The notes under the pieces were generated by a model. That model saw only the letters and a list, made by a program, of their open reading frames with translations, did no database searches and was not told the DNA's origin. A program made the position numbers and the translations under genes. Shown here one piece after another: positions 42,764 through 58,103 of a stretch of 64,000 nt of DNA. Position 1 is the first letter of the stretch. Every line of letters begins with the position of its first letter. Source of the DNA: Lysobacterales bacterium. Lineage in GTDB: Bacteria > Pseudomonadota > Gammaproteobacteria > Xanthomonadales > SZUA-5. The DNA lies in assembly GCA_022844165.1 (NCBI GenBank), contig JALHMH010000012.1, positions 1 through 64,000 on the forward strand, read 5' to 3'.

Positions 42764-43141
42764 TCACTGCCGCGGTAACAAGAATGCGGCGAGGACGGCG
42801 CGACCTTCGCCGCTCAGAACGTTATACGTTCGTGCCGCCGCGTCGCTACTCATGGCTTCAAACCCAATGCCGGCGCTCATCACATGTGCGTGCAAGGCGG
42901 GTGGCGCAAGTTGATGACGGATTCCTGTGCCTAGAAGGATGACGTCTGGTTCTAACTGGATGAGTACGTCGAGAGCGCCTTCGTCGAGTTCCGTGATCGA
43001 TGACGGCGACCACAAGCCATGTCGGCCGCCGAATGCCCAGAAACTCGTGTCCAGCCAGGTGCCGCCCAGACGAACACGAGCGCCATCGACTGCGGTGATG
43101 CTGGTGGGTAACTCTGGTTGGTGCCAGATCAGACCGCTCAT
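42764..43141 (-). CDS. Mth938-like (DUF498) protein
   Basis: PDVILLGTG and IGFEAMSSDAAARTYNVL..EGR. Confidence 0.9.
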   Translation of the reverse strand: MSGLIWHQPELPTSITAVDGARVRLGGTWLDTSFWAFGGRHGLWSPSSITELDEGALDVLIQLEPDVILLGTGIRHQLAPPALHAHVMSAGIGFEAMSSDAAARTYNVLSGEGRAVLAAFLLPRQ

Positions 43142-43434
43142 CTGGGCAGTTGCAACTTCGGCGCGTCGGGATGTGCGCGAAACAATGCAACGATGTGCCC
43201 GATTTCCTGCACGATCGCAGCGCCTGTTTGCGCCACGATGGCCGAAATCAGTGCTTTGCGGGCCATCCGGTCCTCCGCGCTGATCCGGACTTTGATCAAT
43301 TCGTGAGCGTTCAGTGCGATGTTGATTTCCTGCATGACCGTCGGAGCAAGCCCGCGTTCGGCGATCATCACCACGGGTTTGAGTGCGTGTGCCATCGACC
43401 GCAAGAATCGTTTTTGCGCTGCATTGATCGACAT
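43138..43434 (-). CDS. yhbY: Ribosome assembly RNA-binding protein YhbY
   Basis: FLRSMAHALKPVV and HELIKVRI. Divergent from rlmE. Confidence 0.93.
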   Translation of the reverse strand: MSINAAQKRFLRSMAHALKPVVMIAERGLAPTVMQEINIALNAHELIKVRISAEDRMARKALISAIVAQTGAAIVQEIGHIVALFRAHPDAPKLQLPR

Positions 43435-43563
43435 AGTGTCTGGCGGGTGTAGTGCGGGGTGGCGGAGGCTATCATGCTGCGTTTCCTGGTTCTCGGATTT
43501 TGACGTCCAACGTGGCGCACGATACTGATCCCTTGAACTTTGATCCGCCCCTCAGGACGCAAC

Positions 43564-44190
43564 ATGGCCCGCAGTAAATCCAGCGCACGGTGGCTTGATG
43601 AGCACTTCCGCGATCCTTTCGTGAGGCGCGCCCATGTTGAGGGGAAACGCTCGCGAGCGGCGTACAAGTTGGAAGAGCTGCTGGAACGCGATTTGCTTTT
43701 GAAGCCGGGGATGAGCATCGTTGATCTCGGCGCGGCGCCTGGCGGCTGGAGTCAAGTGGCTGCGGATAGATTGAAGGGCAGGGGTCGGGTGATTGGCTTG
43801 GATATCCTGCCAATGGCGGAATTGCCGGGGGTCGAATTTTTGCAAGGCGATTTCACGACTGAGGAATCGCTGAACAGCCTGGAAGCCGCACTGGGCGGAG
43901 AAAAAGTGGACCTTGTGATGTCGGACATGGCCCCCAACATGAGCGGTGTGGGCGTGGTCGATCAGGATCGATCAATGGTTCTGGTGGAATTGGCGTTGGA
44001 CTTCGCCAGGCAGGCGCTCAAGTATCAAGGTGGTTTTTTGGTCAAAGTGTTTCAGGGTGAGGGTTTTGACGCTTTGCTGAAGCAACTACGTGCACAATTC
44101 AATAGAGTATTGGTCCGCAAACCGAAAGCATCGCGCTCGCGGAGCCGCGAAGTGTATATCCTGGCAACAGGTTACAAAGCGCGGCCGTAG
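43564..44190 (+). CDS. rlmE: 23S rRNA Um2552 methyltransferase
   Basis: [36 protein letters not shown]. Confidence 0.96.
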   Translation: MARSKSSARWLDEHFRDPFVRRAHVEGKRSRAAYKLEELLERDLLLKPGMSIVDLGAAPGGWSQVAADRLKGRGRVIGLDILPMAELPGVEFLQGDFTTEESLNSLEAALGGEKVDLVMSDMAPNMSGVGVVDQDRSMVLVELALDFARQALKYQGGFLVKVFQGEGFDALLKQLRAQFNRVLVRKPKASRSRSREVYILATGYKARP

Positions 44191-44210
44191 CCGCGACGAG
44201 GAGCAAAGCT

Positions 44211-46112
44211 GTGAATGATCTGGCAAAAAACATGTTGCTGTGGGTGGTGATTGGGTTGGTACTGCTGGGGGTGTTTCGCAGTTTCGGGACCTCAACACCA
44301 GCGGCGCCGATGTCGTACTCAGACTTCCTGGGCAAGGTCGAGCGTGATCAAATCCAGGAAGTCAGAATCGATGCCGATCGCAAGATGACCGGAAAACAGC
44401 AGGACGGCACGGCCTTCGAGCTGTATGCACCGGACGACCCACGGCTCGTGGAAACGCTGATTGCCAACAACGTCAAAGTGACTCAGGCGGCGCCGGAGTC
44501 GGGATTCACGTTGGTTGGATTGTTGCTTAACTTGCTGCCAGTCTTTTTGCTGATCGGCTTCTGGATTTTCGTGATGCGCCAGATGCAAGGCGGTGGCGCC
44601 GGGCGTGGTGCGATGTCTTTCGGGAAGAGCCGTGCGCGCCTGCAAGGCGAAGATCAGGTCAAGGTGACGTTTGCTGACGTGGCGGGCGTTGACGAGGCCA
44701 AAGCGGAAGTGGGTGAGCTCGTCGACTTCTTGCGCGATCCCGGCAAGTTCCAGAAGTTGGGCGGCAAGATTCCGCGTGGCGTTTTGATGGTCGGGCCTCC
44801 TGGTACCGGCAAGACGCTTCTGGCGAAGGCCATTGCCGGCGAAGCGAAGGTGCCGTTCTTCATCATCTCTGGTTCCGATTTCGTTGAGATGTTCGTTGGC
44901 GTTGGCGCAAGTCGCGTGCGCGATATGTTCGAGCAGGCGAAGAAACACGCGCCTTGCATCATCTTCATCGACGAAATTGACGCCGTTGGCCGGCATCGCG
45001 GTGCCGGATTGGGTGGTGGACACGACGAGCGCGAACAAACGCTCAACCAGCTGCTGGTGGAAATGGACGGCTTCGAGGGTTCCGAGGGGATCATCGTCAT
45101 TGCCGCAACGAACCGGCCCGATGTGCTCGACCCGGCCCTGTTGCGCCCCGGGCGCTTTGATCGGCAGGTGGTCGTTGGCTTGCCAGATGTGCGTGGCCGC
45201 GAACAGATCTTAAAAGTTCACATGCGAAAAGTCCCGCTGTCGGACGATGTGCGTCCGTCGCTGATCGCACGCGGCACGCCAGGCTTCTCGGGCGCTGATC
45301 TTGCGAATCTGGTCAATGAGGCGGCGTTGTTTGCCGCGCGCGAAAATTGTCGCGATGTTGCGATGACGCACTTCGAAAAAGCCAAGGATAAGATCATGAT
45401 GGGCGCGGAACGGCGTTCCATGGTGATGAGCGAAAAAGAGAAGCGTTTGACGGCTTACCATGAGGCAGGTCATGCGATCGTGGGGCGTTTGGTGCCCGAG
45501 CACGACCCTGTCTACAAAGTGACGATCATTCCCCGCGGTCGCGCGCTTGGCGTGACCATGTTCCTGCCGGAGGGCGATCGTTATTCGATGAACAAAATCG
45601 AGATCAATTCCAAGCTTTGCTCAACGTATGGCGGGCGCATTGCAGAAGAGATTATTTTCGGCGCCGAACACGTCACCAACGGCGCATCGAGTGATATCGA
45701 TTACGCGACGCGGCTGGCGCGCACTGCCGTCACCCAATGGGGTCTCTCGAATCTCGGCCCGATTCGTTTCGGCGAGCAGGAGGAAGAGGTGTTTCTGGGT
45801 CGTTCGATGACGCAGACGCGCGGCGTATCTGGCGACACGGCAAGACAAATAGACGGCGAAATCCGACGCATGCTCGACGATGCGTACGACAAAGCGCGCG
45901 AATTACTGAAGGCGAATACCGACAAGCTGCACGCAATGGCCGATGCGTTGATGAAGTACGAAACCATTGATGTGACTCAGATCGATGCGATCATGGAGGG
46001 TCGCGAGGTTCCGCCACCAGCCGATTGGAAGGACGATGGCGGTGCTCCGACGAATCCGGGTCCAGGTACGCCAAGTCCAGCGCCCGTGGCGACAGCTGTG
46101 CCGCAGACCTGA
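44211..46112 (+). CDS. ftsH: ATP-dependent zinc metalloprotease FtsH
   Basis: Two TM segments, [26 protein letters not shown]. Confidence 0.98.
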   Translation: MNDLAKNMLLWVVIGLVLLGVFRSFGTSTPAAPMSYSDFLGKVERDQIQEVRIDADRKMTGKQQDGTAFELYAPDDPRLVETLIANNVKVTQAAPESGFTLVGLLLNLLPVFLLIGFWIFVMRQMQGGGAGRGAMSFGKSRARLQGEDQVKVTFADVAGVDEAKAEVGELVDFLRDPGKFQKLGGKIPRGVLMVGPPGTGKTLLAKAIAGEAKVPFFIISGSDFVEMFVGVGASRVRDMFEQAKKHAPCIIFIDEIDAVGRHRGAGLGGGHDEREQTLNQLLVEMDGFEGSEGIIVIAATNRPDVLDPALLRPGRFDRQVVVGLPDVRGREQILKVHMRKVPLSDDVRPSLIARGTPGFSGADLANLVNEAALFAARENCRDVAMTHFEKAKDKIMMGAERRSMVMSEKEKRLTAYHEAGHAIVGRLVPEHDPVYKVTIIPRGRALGVTMFLPEGDRYSMNKIEINSKLCSTYGGRIAEEIIFGAEHVTNGASSDIDYATRLARTAVTQWGLSNLGPIRFGEQEEEVFLGRSMTQTRGVSGDTARQIDGEIRRMLDDAYDKARELLKANTDKLHAMADALMKYETIDVTQIDAIMEGREVPPPADWKDDGGAPTNPGPGTPSPAPVATAVPQT

Positions 46113-46133
46113 TCGACAGTCGGGCGCACGATC

Positions 46134-47036
46134 GTGTTTGCGGCGCCGCGCCGAACACTGGATTGCAGGGGCCGGTTGCTCGATCTTGAGCGTCCGGCCA
46201 TCGTTGGTATTGTCAATGTAACCCCAGATTCGTTTAGCGATGGCGGAGAGACCTTCGATGTAGAGGCCGCCGTTGCCCGCGGTGTGGCGATGGTGGAAGC
46301 CGGGGCCAACGCACTCGATGTGGGCGGGGAATCGACGCGTCCTGGTGCGGCAGCCGTCGAAGAGGCCGAAGAGCTGCGGCGTGTCATACCGGTCATCGAA
46401 CGCCTGGTCGAAGCCGTTGGTGTGCCGATTTCTATCGATACTCAAAAGGCGACTGTGATGCGCGCTGCGGTTGCAGCCGGCGCAGGATGGATCAATGACG
46501 TCGGCGCGCTGCGCGCCAGCGGGGCGCTTGATGCTGCGGCCGACAGCGGTGCGGCCATTACGCTGATGCACATGCAGGGCACGCCGCAGACCATGCAAAG
46601 CGCGCCCGAATACGACGATGTGGTTGGCGAGGTTCAGAAGTTCCTGACCGATCGCGTGCTGGCTTGTCAATTTGCCGGCATCGACAAGAAGCGCCTTGTT
46701 ATCGATCCCGGTTTCGGTTTCGGCAAGAGCTACACCCACAATCTGATACTGCTCGCGGAGTTGGAGCGCCTGCTTGTTCTCGATTGCCCGCTCATGGTCG
46801 GTATATCGCGTAAACGACTCATCGGTGCGTTGTGCGGCAAAGATCGTCCGCAGGACCGAGTCGCGGGCAGTGTGGCGGCGGCGCTGTTGGCTGTGCAGCG
46901 TGGCGCGAACATCGTTCGTGTGCACGATGTCTCGGCCACATCGGATGCGCTTAAGGTCTGGGCGGCCGTCAAGGCGCATTCGCCTCAGGCGAAACTGCCA
47001 ACGCGTCCCGTCATCAGCTGGCCCGACGAGGAGTAG
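46134..47036 (+). CDS. folP: Dihydropteroate synthase
   Basis: NVTPDSFSDGG, GGESTRPG, DPGFGFGK, IVRVHDV. Confidence 0.97.
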   Translation: MFAAPRRTLDCRGRLLDLERPAIVGIVNVTPDSFSDGGETFDVEAAVARGVAMVEAGANALDVGGESTRPGAAAVEEAEELRRVIPVIERLVEAVGVPISIDTQKATVMRAAVAAGAGWINDVGALRASGALDAAADSGAAITLMHMQGTPQTMQSAPEYDDVVGEVQKFLTDRVLACQFAGIDKKRLVIDPGFGFGKSYTHNLILLAELERLLVLDCPLMVGISRKRLIGALCGKDRPQDRVAGSVAAALLAVQRGANIVRVHDVSATSDALKVWAAVKAHSPQAKLPTRPVISWPDEE

Positions 47037-47057
47037 ACTAGCGAGGCTTCGCCTCAG
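47036..47057 (+). repeat. 22-bp hairpin repeat, copy 2
   Basis: GACTAGCGAGGCTTCGCCTCAG at the folP stop codon, identical to 32222-32243. Confidence 0.7.
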
Positions 47058-47247
47058 GCCGCCGAGCATTGTTGGCTTCGCCTGACACTGTATTGCCCAC
47101 AACCCGCGCTTCGCATTTCCGGCCCAACGGCGCAGCGGCCGGGCGTTCGACTCGGCACACGCCTTTCGGCGTGTGAGCGCCGAGTCTCACCCCCTAAACT
47201 TAAGGGGCTGCAAAAGCCAAAGCCGCTCCTAAGAAAATTTGACTCAA

Positions 47248-47904
47248 ATGCAAGATGCAGCTCCGTCAAGGACTCTAGTGCGACTTTATGGCCGCCACGG
47301 CTGGGGTTCCGCTTTGATCGAAGCGCAACTTGCGTGGTACGGCGTACCTTATGAGTTCGTCGAAGCGGGTGAGTTGTTCCACGACAGTTCGGCAAGAGCG
47401 GCGCTCAAGAAAGTCAATCCGTTGGCCCAGGTGCCCACTCTGGTACTGTCAGAAAAGGAAGTGCTTACGGAGAGCGCAGCGATGACGCTTACGCTTGCCG
47501 AGCGATTCGGTCGCAGTGATCTGGTGCCGCTTCCGGGCAGTATTGAGCGCGATGCATTTCTGCGCTGGCTCATTTTTGTCGTTGCGAATATCTATCCCAC
47601 TTTCACCTATGCCGACGATCCGTCTCGATTTGTGCGTGTCGAGTCAGCCCAGAGGGGATTCCGGGATGCGACGGATCGCTATCGAGAGTCCTTATGGGAA
47701 GTGGTCGACAGCGTCATCGTCGGCCCCTGGTTTCTCGGCGAGCGTTTCAGCGCACTGGATATTTATCTTGCCGTGATGGCACGTTGGCGTCCGAAACTGT
47801 CGTGGTTTGCTTTGCACGCAAGCAAGATTCATCGCATCGCGATCGCTACCGCCGATCAGCCCGAGTTGCGTGACGTGTTCCATCGCAACTTCGCGGATTC
47901 TTAA
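47248..47904 (+). CDS. Glutathione S-transferase family protein
   Basis: VNPLAQVPTL, LTESAA, GPWFLGERFSALDIY. Confidence 0.9.
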   Translation: MQDAAPSRTLVRLYGRHGWGSALIEAQLAWYGVPYEFVEAGELFHDSSARAALKKVNPLAQVPTLVLSEKEVLTESAAMTLTLAERFGRSDLVPLPGSIERDAFLRWLIFVVANIYPTFTYADDPSRFVRVESAQRGFRDATDRYRESLWEVVDSVIVGPWFLGERFSALDIYLAVMARWRPKLSWFALHASKIHRIAIATADQPELRDVFHRNFADS

Positions 47905-50725
<2,821 letters not shown>

Positions 50726-50939
50726 TTTGGTTCGACAGATTTTCCAGATGGACAAGCCGCACCTGTTGCCGAATGGCCAACACAGAAGCCTCGGCGTATT
50801 CACGTTGCCGCTTTCGTAACGCGGGTTGCCGGGCTGAAGGTGGACGCCTCGCCATGCTGAGCGCGGTCGAACGAGGCACGTATGCTCGTGCGCTCGTGCC
50901 ATCGAGCTTTTGTTCCTGCTTTTTGTTCAAGGCGTACCC

Positions 50940-51764
50940 ATGAACTCTCTTTGTTCGTTTCCGATCGGCATCGATCAACCATTTTTTCTCATTGCCGGAC
51001 CCTGCGTCATCGAATCGATGCAACTTCAGCTCGATGTCGCGGGGCAACTCAAGGAGCTGACGACGGCGCTGAACGTACCGTTCGTCTTCAAGTCGAGTTT
51101 CGACAAGGCGAATCGATCTTCGGGTACCAGCTTTCGCGGTCCAGGGATGGCCGAAGGGCTGAAAGTGCTCGCGGAGGTGAAGCGTCAGATTGGCGTGCCG
51201 GTGCTGACGGATGTGCATGAGTACACGCCGATGCACGAAGTCGCAAGTGTCGTGGACATACTTCAGACACCCGCTTTTCTGTGCCGGCAGACGGATTTCA
51301 TACAAACCGTGGCGCGTGCGGGCAAGCCGGTCAACATCAAGAAGGGCCAGTTCTTGAGTCCCTGGGAGATGCGCAATGTCGTCGAGAAGGCCCGCGCGGT
51401 TGGCAACAACGACATTCTGGTTTGCGAACGCGGAGCGAGTTTCGGGTACAACAACCTGGTCTCCGATATGCGCTCGCTCGTCGTGATGCGCAATACGGGC
51501 GCGCCGGTCGTGTTTGATGCCACTCACTCGGTGCAATTGCCGGGTGGTCAAGGCGATCGTTCCGGCGGGCAGCGGGAGTTTGTACCTGCGCTCGCCCGTG
51601 CAGCGGTGGCAGTGGGCATCTCTGGACTGTTCATGGAAACGCATCCCGATCCCGATAAAGCGTTATCGGATGGGCCCAACGCTTGGCCGTTGCCCCAAAT
51701 GCGCCAGTTATTGGAAACGCTCGTGGCATTGGATCGTGCGGTAAAATCATCGCCCATGCTTTGA
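50940..51764 (+). CDS. kdsA: KDO 8-phosphate synthase
   Basis: [26 protein letters not shown]. Confidence 0.97.
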   Translation: MNSLCSFPIGIDQPFFLIAGPCVIESMQLQLDVAGQLKELTTALNVPFVFKSSFDKANRSSGTSFRGPGMAEGLKVLAEVKRQIGVPVLTDVHEYTPMHEVASVVDILQTPAFLCRQTDFIQTVARAGKPVNIKKGQFLSPWEMRNVVEKARAVGNNDILVCERGASFGYNNLVSDMRSLVVMRNTGAPVVFDATHSVQLPGGQGDRSGGQREFVPALARAAVAVGISGLFMETHPDPDKALSDGPNAWPLPQMRQLLETLVALDRAVKSSPML

Positions 51765-51911
51765 TGGGCACAGGCGATTCGGCTGCGGTTGGCATCAGAA
51801 GAATCGTCGCCCCGGCCCCATCGTCTGGTCGTGCCGCCGTCCACCCATTACTATTCACCGCCACTTTCAACTCCCACCGGCGCACGATCCGTTGCTCCCC
51901 GTGTGACCTAA

Positions 51912-53207
<1,296 letters not shown>

Positions 53208-53209
53208 TC

Positions 53210-53524
53210 TTGCGCTGGTTGCTGCTCGTCTTGCTGTTGCTGTTGATCGGACTTCAGTATCAACTGTGGTTCCGTGGCGGCATGAACGAAGTCTGGGCGT
53301 TGGAGAAGGCACTCGCGGAGCAGCGCTCAGCCAATGAGAAGTTGAAAGCGCGCAACGCAGCTTTGGCCGCTGAAGTTGAGGACTTGAAGACCGGGCGCGA
53401 TGCGGTTGAAGAACGTGCGCGATCGGAACTTGGAATGGTCGAACAGGGCGAGGTCTTGATCCAGGTGGCAACGCCAGAGGCGGCGAATGCAGCGCAACCT
53501 GTCGAAGATGAGGCGCCGAAGTGA
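53210..53524 (+). CDS. ftsB: Cell division protein FtsB
   Basis: TTG start, TM segment + LQYQLW, coiled coil, EERARSELGM. Between eno and ispD. Confidence 0.92.
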   Translation: MRWLLLVLLLLLIGLQYQLWFRGGMNEVWALEKALAEQRSANEKLKARNAALAAEVEDLKTGRDAVEERARSELGMVEQGEVLIQVATPEAANAAQPVEDEAPK

Positions 53525-54195
53525 TTTGGGCAGTGGTTCCTGCCGCAGGCGAAGGCAGACGTTTCGGTGGTGCGATCCCGAAGCAGTATTTGGAAATTTC
53601 AGGCAAGGCAATATTGCGTTGGACGCTGGAACGTCTGGCAGCCGTTCGTGGTTTGGAAGGCATCGTCGTTGCCCTCGGCGCCGACGACCGGCGCTGGCCT
53701 GGCTGGCGAGAAATCGATGGCGTGGAACTGCGGACGACGATCGGCGGGGCAAACCGGGTAGATTCGGTGCTTGCCGGTTTGCGTGCGCTGCCATCGTCTG
53801 TGTCTGGCGACGCTCTGGTTCTGGTGCACGATGCGGCGCGGCCCTGTGTCGCCGCAACAGATATCGAGCGCTTACTTCAGGATGCGCCCCAGGGCGGTTT
53901 CCTGGCCGTCGGCATCCGGGACACCGTCAAGCAATGCATATCTGACCGCGTGACCACCGTTGCTCGTGAATCGTTATGGCGCGCGCAAACGCCGCAGTGT
54001 TTTCCCCGGGGCGCTCTGAGCAATGCGTTGACCGCCGCCATCCATGCGGGAAAGGTGCCAACCGACGAGGCCCAGGCGATGGAATGGATGGGCTGGCCGA
54101 TGCAACTGGTCGCGGGCTGCGAGCACAACATCAAGATCACAACCGAGCAGGATCTTAAACTCGCCCGGTGGTTATTGGAGAGCGCATGCGGATAG
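53521..54195 (+). CDS. ispD: 2-C-methyl-D-erythritol 4-phosphate cytidylyltransferase
   Basis: [10 protein letters not shown]...PKQY, VHDAARP, QTPQ, NIKITT. Confidence 0.96.
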   Translation: MIWAVVPAAGEGRRFGGAIPKQYLEISGKAILRWTLERLAAVRGLEGIVVALGADDRRWPGWREIDGVELRTTIGGANRVDSVLAGLRALPSSVSGDALVLVHDAARPCVAATDIERLLQDAPQGGFLAVGIRDTVKQCISDRVTTVARESLWRAQTPQCFPRGALSNALTAAIHAGKVPTDEAQAMEWMGWPMQLVAGCEHNIKITTEQDLKLARWLLESACG

Positions 54196-54668
54196 GTCAC
54201 GGCTTCGACGTCCATGCATTTGGCGAAGGCGATCACGTGATGCTTGGTGGCTTACGAATTGCCCATGGGCGTGGCGTGATCGCGCATTCCGATGGTGATG
54301 TTGTGCTGCATGCACTGTGCGATGCGCTGCTCGGCGCTGCAAGCCTGGGCGATATTGGCCAACATTTTCCGCCCAGTGATGAACGTTGGCGCGGCGCGGA
54401 TTCGCGGCAGCTGCTACGCCACTGCGTTGGTCTGTTGCGGCAGCGTGGTTGGCGTTTGGGCAATGCCGATATCACCATACTGGCGGAGCGGCCTAAAGTG
54501 AGCCCGCATGCCACGCTGATGCGTGAGCGAATTGCGTGTGACTGCGCGGTCGACATCGACGCCGTGAGCGTCAAAGCAACAACGACCGAAAAGCTCGGGT
54601 TCACGGGGCGCGAAGAGGGTATTGCAGCGCATGCGGTTGTGCTCATCGTTGCGATCGAACGCACATGA
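54186..54668 (+). CDS. ispF: 2-C-methyl-D-erythritol 2,4-cyclodiphosphate synthase
   Basis: [28 protein letters not shown]. Confidence 0.97.
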   Translation: MRIGHGFDVHAFGEGDHVMLGGLRIAHGRGVIAHSDGDVVLHALCDALLGAASLGDIGQHFPPSDERWRGADSRQLLRHCVGLLRQRGWRLGNADITILAERPKVSPHATLMRERIACDCAVDIDAVSVKATTTEKLGFTGREEGIAAHAVVLIVAIERT

Positions 54669-55717
54669 ACGGCTCTCACGCCGGCGATGCGGCGCAGGGT
54701 TTGTCGATGCCCTTTGCTCGCGAGGCGCCTGCGCTCATCGGTGCACTTAAATCGACGCCGGAGGATTTTGTCGTCGATGAAATCCTGCCGTATGGTCCGG
54801 ATGGCAAAGGCGAACACGACTGGCTGCATGTCGAAAAACGTGGCGTCAACTCAGCCTGGCTGGCGGCGCAACTTGCGCGATTCGCGGGCGTTCGGGAGGT
54901 GGCGATTGGCTTTGCCGGGCAGAAGGACCGCATCGGCGTCACTCGGCAGTTTTTTACGGTGCAGCTGCCCGGGCGCCGTGTCGATTGGTCCGCATTCGCA
55001 GTTGAGGGCGTCAGGTTGCTGGATGTGCAGCGCCACTCGCGCAAGATCCAACGCGGGAGCAACGATGGAAATCGCTTCGAGATCACGCTGCGTGAAATCG
55101 TTGGCGATCGGACCCGGGCTCAAGAACAATTGGCAACGCTGGCGATCAGTGGTGCTCCGAACTATTTCACTGAACAACGCTTTGGTCACGGAGGTTCCAA
55201 CCTGTCGCGTGCCCGGGCGTTGTTTACTGGCAGCAAGTTGGATCGCGCGCAACGCAGTTTTGCGTTGAGCGCGGCGCGCAGCGCGATATTTAACGCCGTT
55301 CTCGGCGCACGTGTAGTCGATGGTACCTGGGATCGAATCCTACCAGGAGAAATCGCGATGCTTGATGGATCGAATGCGTGGTTCAAGACGGTCCCAGACG
55401 ATCCTGACCTAAATGCGCGATGCGCCAGATGCGAGATTCATCCAACCGGCCCGCTATGGGGCAGCGAGGCGCTGCCGTTGGGCGCCGAGCTCGCCAGTTT
55501 CGAGGATGATTGCAGCCGAAGTTTCGACGATCTGAAACTTGGCCTGGCAAGGGAGCGTCTCGACAGCGCGCGACGCACGCTGCGCATTCGGCCAGGCGAC
55601 TTAACAGGGTCATTCACCGCGGACGCATTACAGATGAGCTTTACCTTGCCCGCAGGCGCCTATGCGACCGCAGTGCTTCGTCAGGTGTGCCGGCCATCCA
55701 TGCTGCCTTCCCAATGA
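54665..55717 (+). CDS. truD: tRNA pseudouridine(13) synthase
   Basis: [40 protein letters not shown]. Confidence 0.95.
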   Translation: MNGSHAGDAAQGLSMPFAREAPALIGALKSTPEDFVVDEILPYGPDGKGEHDWLHVEKRGVNSAWLAAQLARFAGVREVAIGFAGQKDRIGVTRQFFTVQLPGRRVDWSAFAVEGVRLLDVQRHSRKIQRGSNDGNRFEITLREIVGDRTRAQEQLATLAISGAPNYFTEQRFGHGGSNLSRARALFTGSKLDRAQRSFALSAARSAIFNAVLGARVVDGTWDRILPGEIAMLDGSNAWFKTVPDDPDLNARCARCEIHPTGPLWGSEALPLGAELASFEDDCSRSFDDLKLGLARERLDSARRTLRIRPGDLTGSFTADALQMSFTLPAGAYATAVLRQVCRPSMLPSQ

Positions 55718-55733
55718 GAGCTTTGCGGGGGCG

Positions 55734-56513
55734 CTAACCGCGGACCAGCAGCAGCAGACCGACGACATACAGCCACGTCGCGAAAAAGAGCTTCAGTCTG
55801 GCGACCGGCCAACGGTGTGCAAGGGCGGCGCCGATGGGTGCGGTGAGCACGCTGATCGCGCCTATCGTAGCGGCCACCTTTAAGTCCACGAAGCCCCAGG
55901 ACCCGTTGGACATGCCAGGTGGCGAGTTTGCAGTGGCATAACCAAACGCGCCAGCTAAAGCGATTGGGACACCGGCAACTGACGAGGTACCAATGGCGCG
56001 AGTCAAGGGAGCGCCTAAACGATGTAACAGGGGCACGGTCAGCGATCCGCCGCCGATGCCAACCGCGCTGGACAATGCGCCGATGCCAAAGCCGCTGGGC
56101 AGCAGCCACAGGCGACTGGCGCTTTTCGGATCGCCGCGCGGTCGCATCATCTGCCAGGCGGCAAAGAAACAGAAAATGGCAACAATCAGCGCGAGCGTAG
56201 TGCGCGACAGGCTGGCCACAATCAGCGCGCCGCCGCCGCTGCCAATGAGCAGGCCAGGGAGCAGCCACCCGAGCGCGGCCACATCGACTCCTCCGCGTCT
56301 AAAGTGCGCGTAACCGCTCGCTGCCCCGGTCAAAACGATGCTGGCCAACGAGGTTGCGACCGCAGCATGCAACGCGAAGGCGGGTGGCACGCCTTGATGC
56401 GGCAAGAAGGCTGCCAGCACAGGCACAATGACCAGGCCGCCGCCGACGCCAAGTAGTCCGGCGAGCAAACCAGCAATCGCGCCCAGGCACAAAAGGACAA
56501 ACAGATCGGGCAT
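55734..56513 (-). CDS. TauE/SafE sulfite exporter family membrane protein
   Basis: GLLGVGGG and VGIGGG repeats, ATSL. Confidence 0.9.
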   Translation of the reverse strand: MPDLFVLLCLGAIAGLLAGLLGVGGGLVIVPVLAAFLPHQGVPPAFALHAAVATSLASIVLTGAASGYAHFRRGGVDVAALGWLLPGLLIGSGGGALIVASLSRTTLALIVAIFCFFAAWQMMRPRGDPKSASRLWLLPSGFGIGALSSAVGIGGGSLTVPLLHRLGAPLTRAIGTSSVAGVPIALAGAFGYATANSPPGMSNGSWGFVDLKVAATIGAISVLTAPIGAALAHRWPVARLKLFFATWLYVVGLLLLVRG

Positions 56514-56593
56514 AAGCGACTTGGGTTCAGCCCTTCGAATTTGCAACCAGAACGTGGGTTAAGATTCGGTCTCGAGACGTTGGTGCCGGCCCA

Positions 56594-58006
56594 TCACCTT
56601 GTCAGGAAAGCAATGAGCCGATCAGCGAAGTTGCGATACGGCGGCTTTAGCAAGGATAGCGACGACCATCGCGCTTGATAAAAAACGGGCTTTTGTTTGG
56701 AGAAGGTCAAAAAGCCATGGTGACCGTGGTAATGGCCGATCCCGGATGGCCCAACGCCGCCAAACGGCAGCGCTGATTGTGCGATGTGCAAAACACAGTC
56801 GTTGATGGTCACCCCGCCGGCGATGGTGCTGTCGAGTACACGTTTCGTACGTTCGCTATCGAGGTCGAAGTGATAGAGCGCCAGAGGTCGATCGTGGTCG
56901 TTGATATAGGCGATTGCTTCATCGAGCGAGCGATACGGCAAGATCGGCAAGATCGGTCCGAAGATTTCTTCGCTCATCAGTCTAGATTGTGCCGGCGGAT
57001 TCAATACCAGCGTCGGCGGGAAAATGCGGTTGGCCGGATCGAGCGCTTCGTTCGCCGGATTGATCTGGATGATCTGCGCGCCACCTGCTTGTGCTTCTTC
57101 GAGCAGTTGCTGCAATCTCAAGTAATGCCGGTCGGTCGCGATACTGGTGTAGTCCACGCTGGAACGTAGCGACGGATAGCGTTCGCTCAGTTCCTTTCGC
57201 AGTGCCTGCGTGAGCGCCGAAATCTGATCCGCCGGCGCGAGAATGTAGTCCGGCGCGATGCAGGTCTGCCCTGCGTTCAAGAACTTTCCCGCCGTGAGGC
57301 GCGCTGCGGCGGTGGTCATCGGGTAGTCCGGCGCGATGATCGCGGGCGATTTTCCGCCCAGTTCCAAAGTCACGGGGGTCAGGTTTTTTGCCGCCGCCTG
57401 CATCACGATGCGGCCAACGCTGGTTGAGCCGGTGAAGAACAAATGGTCGAAGGGCAGGGTGGAGAACTGCGCCGCCACATCCGGTCCACCCAACACCACG
57501 CAAACCTGGTCGCTGGGAAATACCTCCGCGAGCATCGCTTTGAGTAATTCCGATGTGCGCGGGGTCAATTCGGACGGCTTGAGCATCGCCCGATTGCCCG
57601 CTGCGATGGCCGCAACCAAGGGCATCAGTGCCAGATTCACCGGGTAGTTCCATGGCGAAATGATGCCGACCACGCCGACCGGCTGAAATCGAATCTCGGA
57701 GCGGCCCGGCAGGAACTGCCAGCTGGTCGAAACCCGCCTGGGTTTCATCCAGCGCTTCAAGTTCTTAAGCGTGTAATCGATGTCATGCAACACCGTCATC
57801 ACGTCGCTCAGCAGCGTCTCGTGGCGCGAGCGGCGCCCAAAATCAGCGCTGGTAGCAGCCACGATATCTTCAGCTCTGGATTTTACCGCTGCTCTCAGGC
57901 GCTTTAAGTCGGCGATACGATCGGCATAGCCCAGGGTACTGCGAGCTTGCGCGGCTTGCAGGCGTTTGAGTTCTATCAACAGTGAGTCGGGCGTCGAGCC
58001 GTCCAT
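56594..58006 (-). CDS. Aldehyde dehydrogenase (coniferyl aldehyde dehydrogenase-like)
   Basis: PWNYP, KPSE, FTGST, LELGGKSP, NAGQTC, EEIFGP. Confidence 0.93.
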   Translation of the reverse strand: MDGSTPDSLLIELKRLQAAQARSTLGYADRIADLKRLRAAVKSRAEDIVAATSADFGRRSRHETLLSDVMTVLHDIDYTLKNLKRWMKPRRVSTSWQFLPGRSEIRFQPVGVVGIISPWNYPVNLALMPLVAAIAAGNRAMLKPSELTPRTSELLKAMLAEVFPSDQVCVVLGGPDVAAQFSTLPFDHLFFTGSTSVGRIVMQAAAKNLTPVTLELGGKSPAIIAPDYPMTTAAARLTAGKFLNAGQTCIAPDYILAPADQISALTQALRKELSERYPSLRSSVDYTSIATDRHYLRLQQLLEEAQAGGAQIIQINPANEALDPANRIFPPTLVLNPPAQSRLMSEEIFGPILPILPYRSLDEAIAYINDHDRPLALYHFDLDSERTKRVLDSTIAGGVTINDCVLHIAQSALPFGGVGPSGIGHYHGHHGFLTFSKQKPVFYQARWSSLSLLKPPYRNFADRLIAFLTR

Positions 58007-58103
58007 AACGATTGAGCCGTTAAAAGGTCCAACGCAAGTGTACGGCTTTTCAGTCGAGCCAGCTTGTCGCATGATCGGGGCTGGTCGGCACTGGAGCGTT
58101 TCG

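Noticed and set aside
43532-43554. sigma32 promoter for rlmE-ftsH (CTTGAA...CCCCTCA)
   Set aside because: The spacer is only 10 nt, too short for the consensus.
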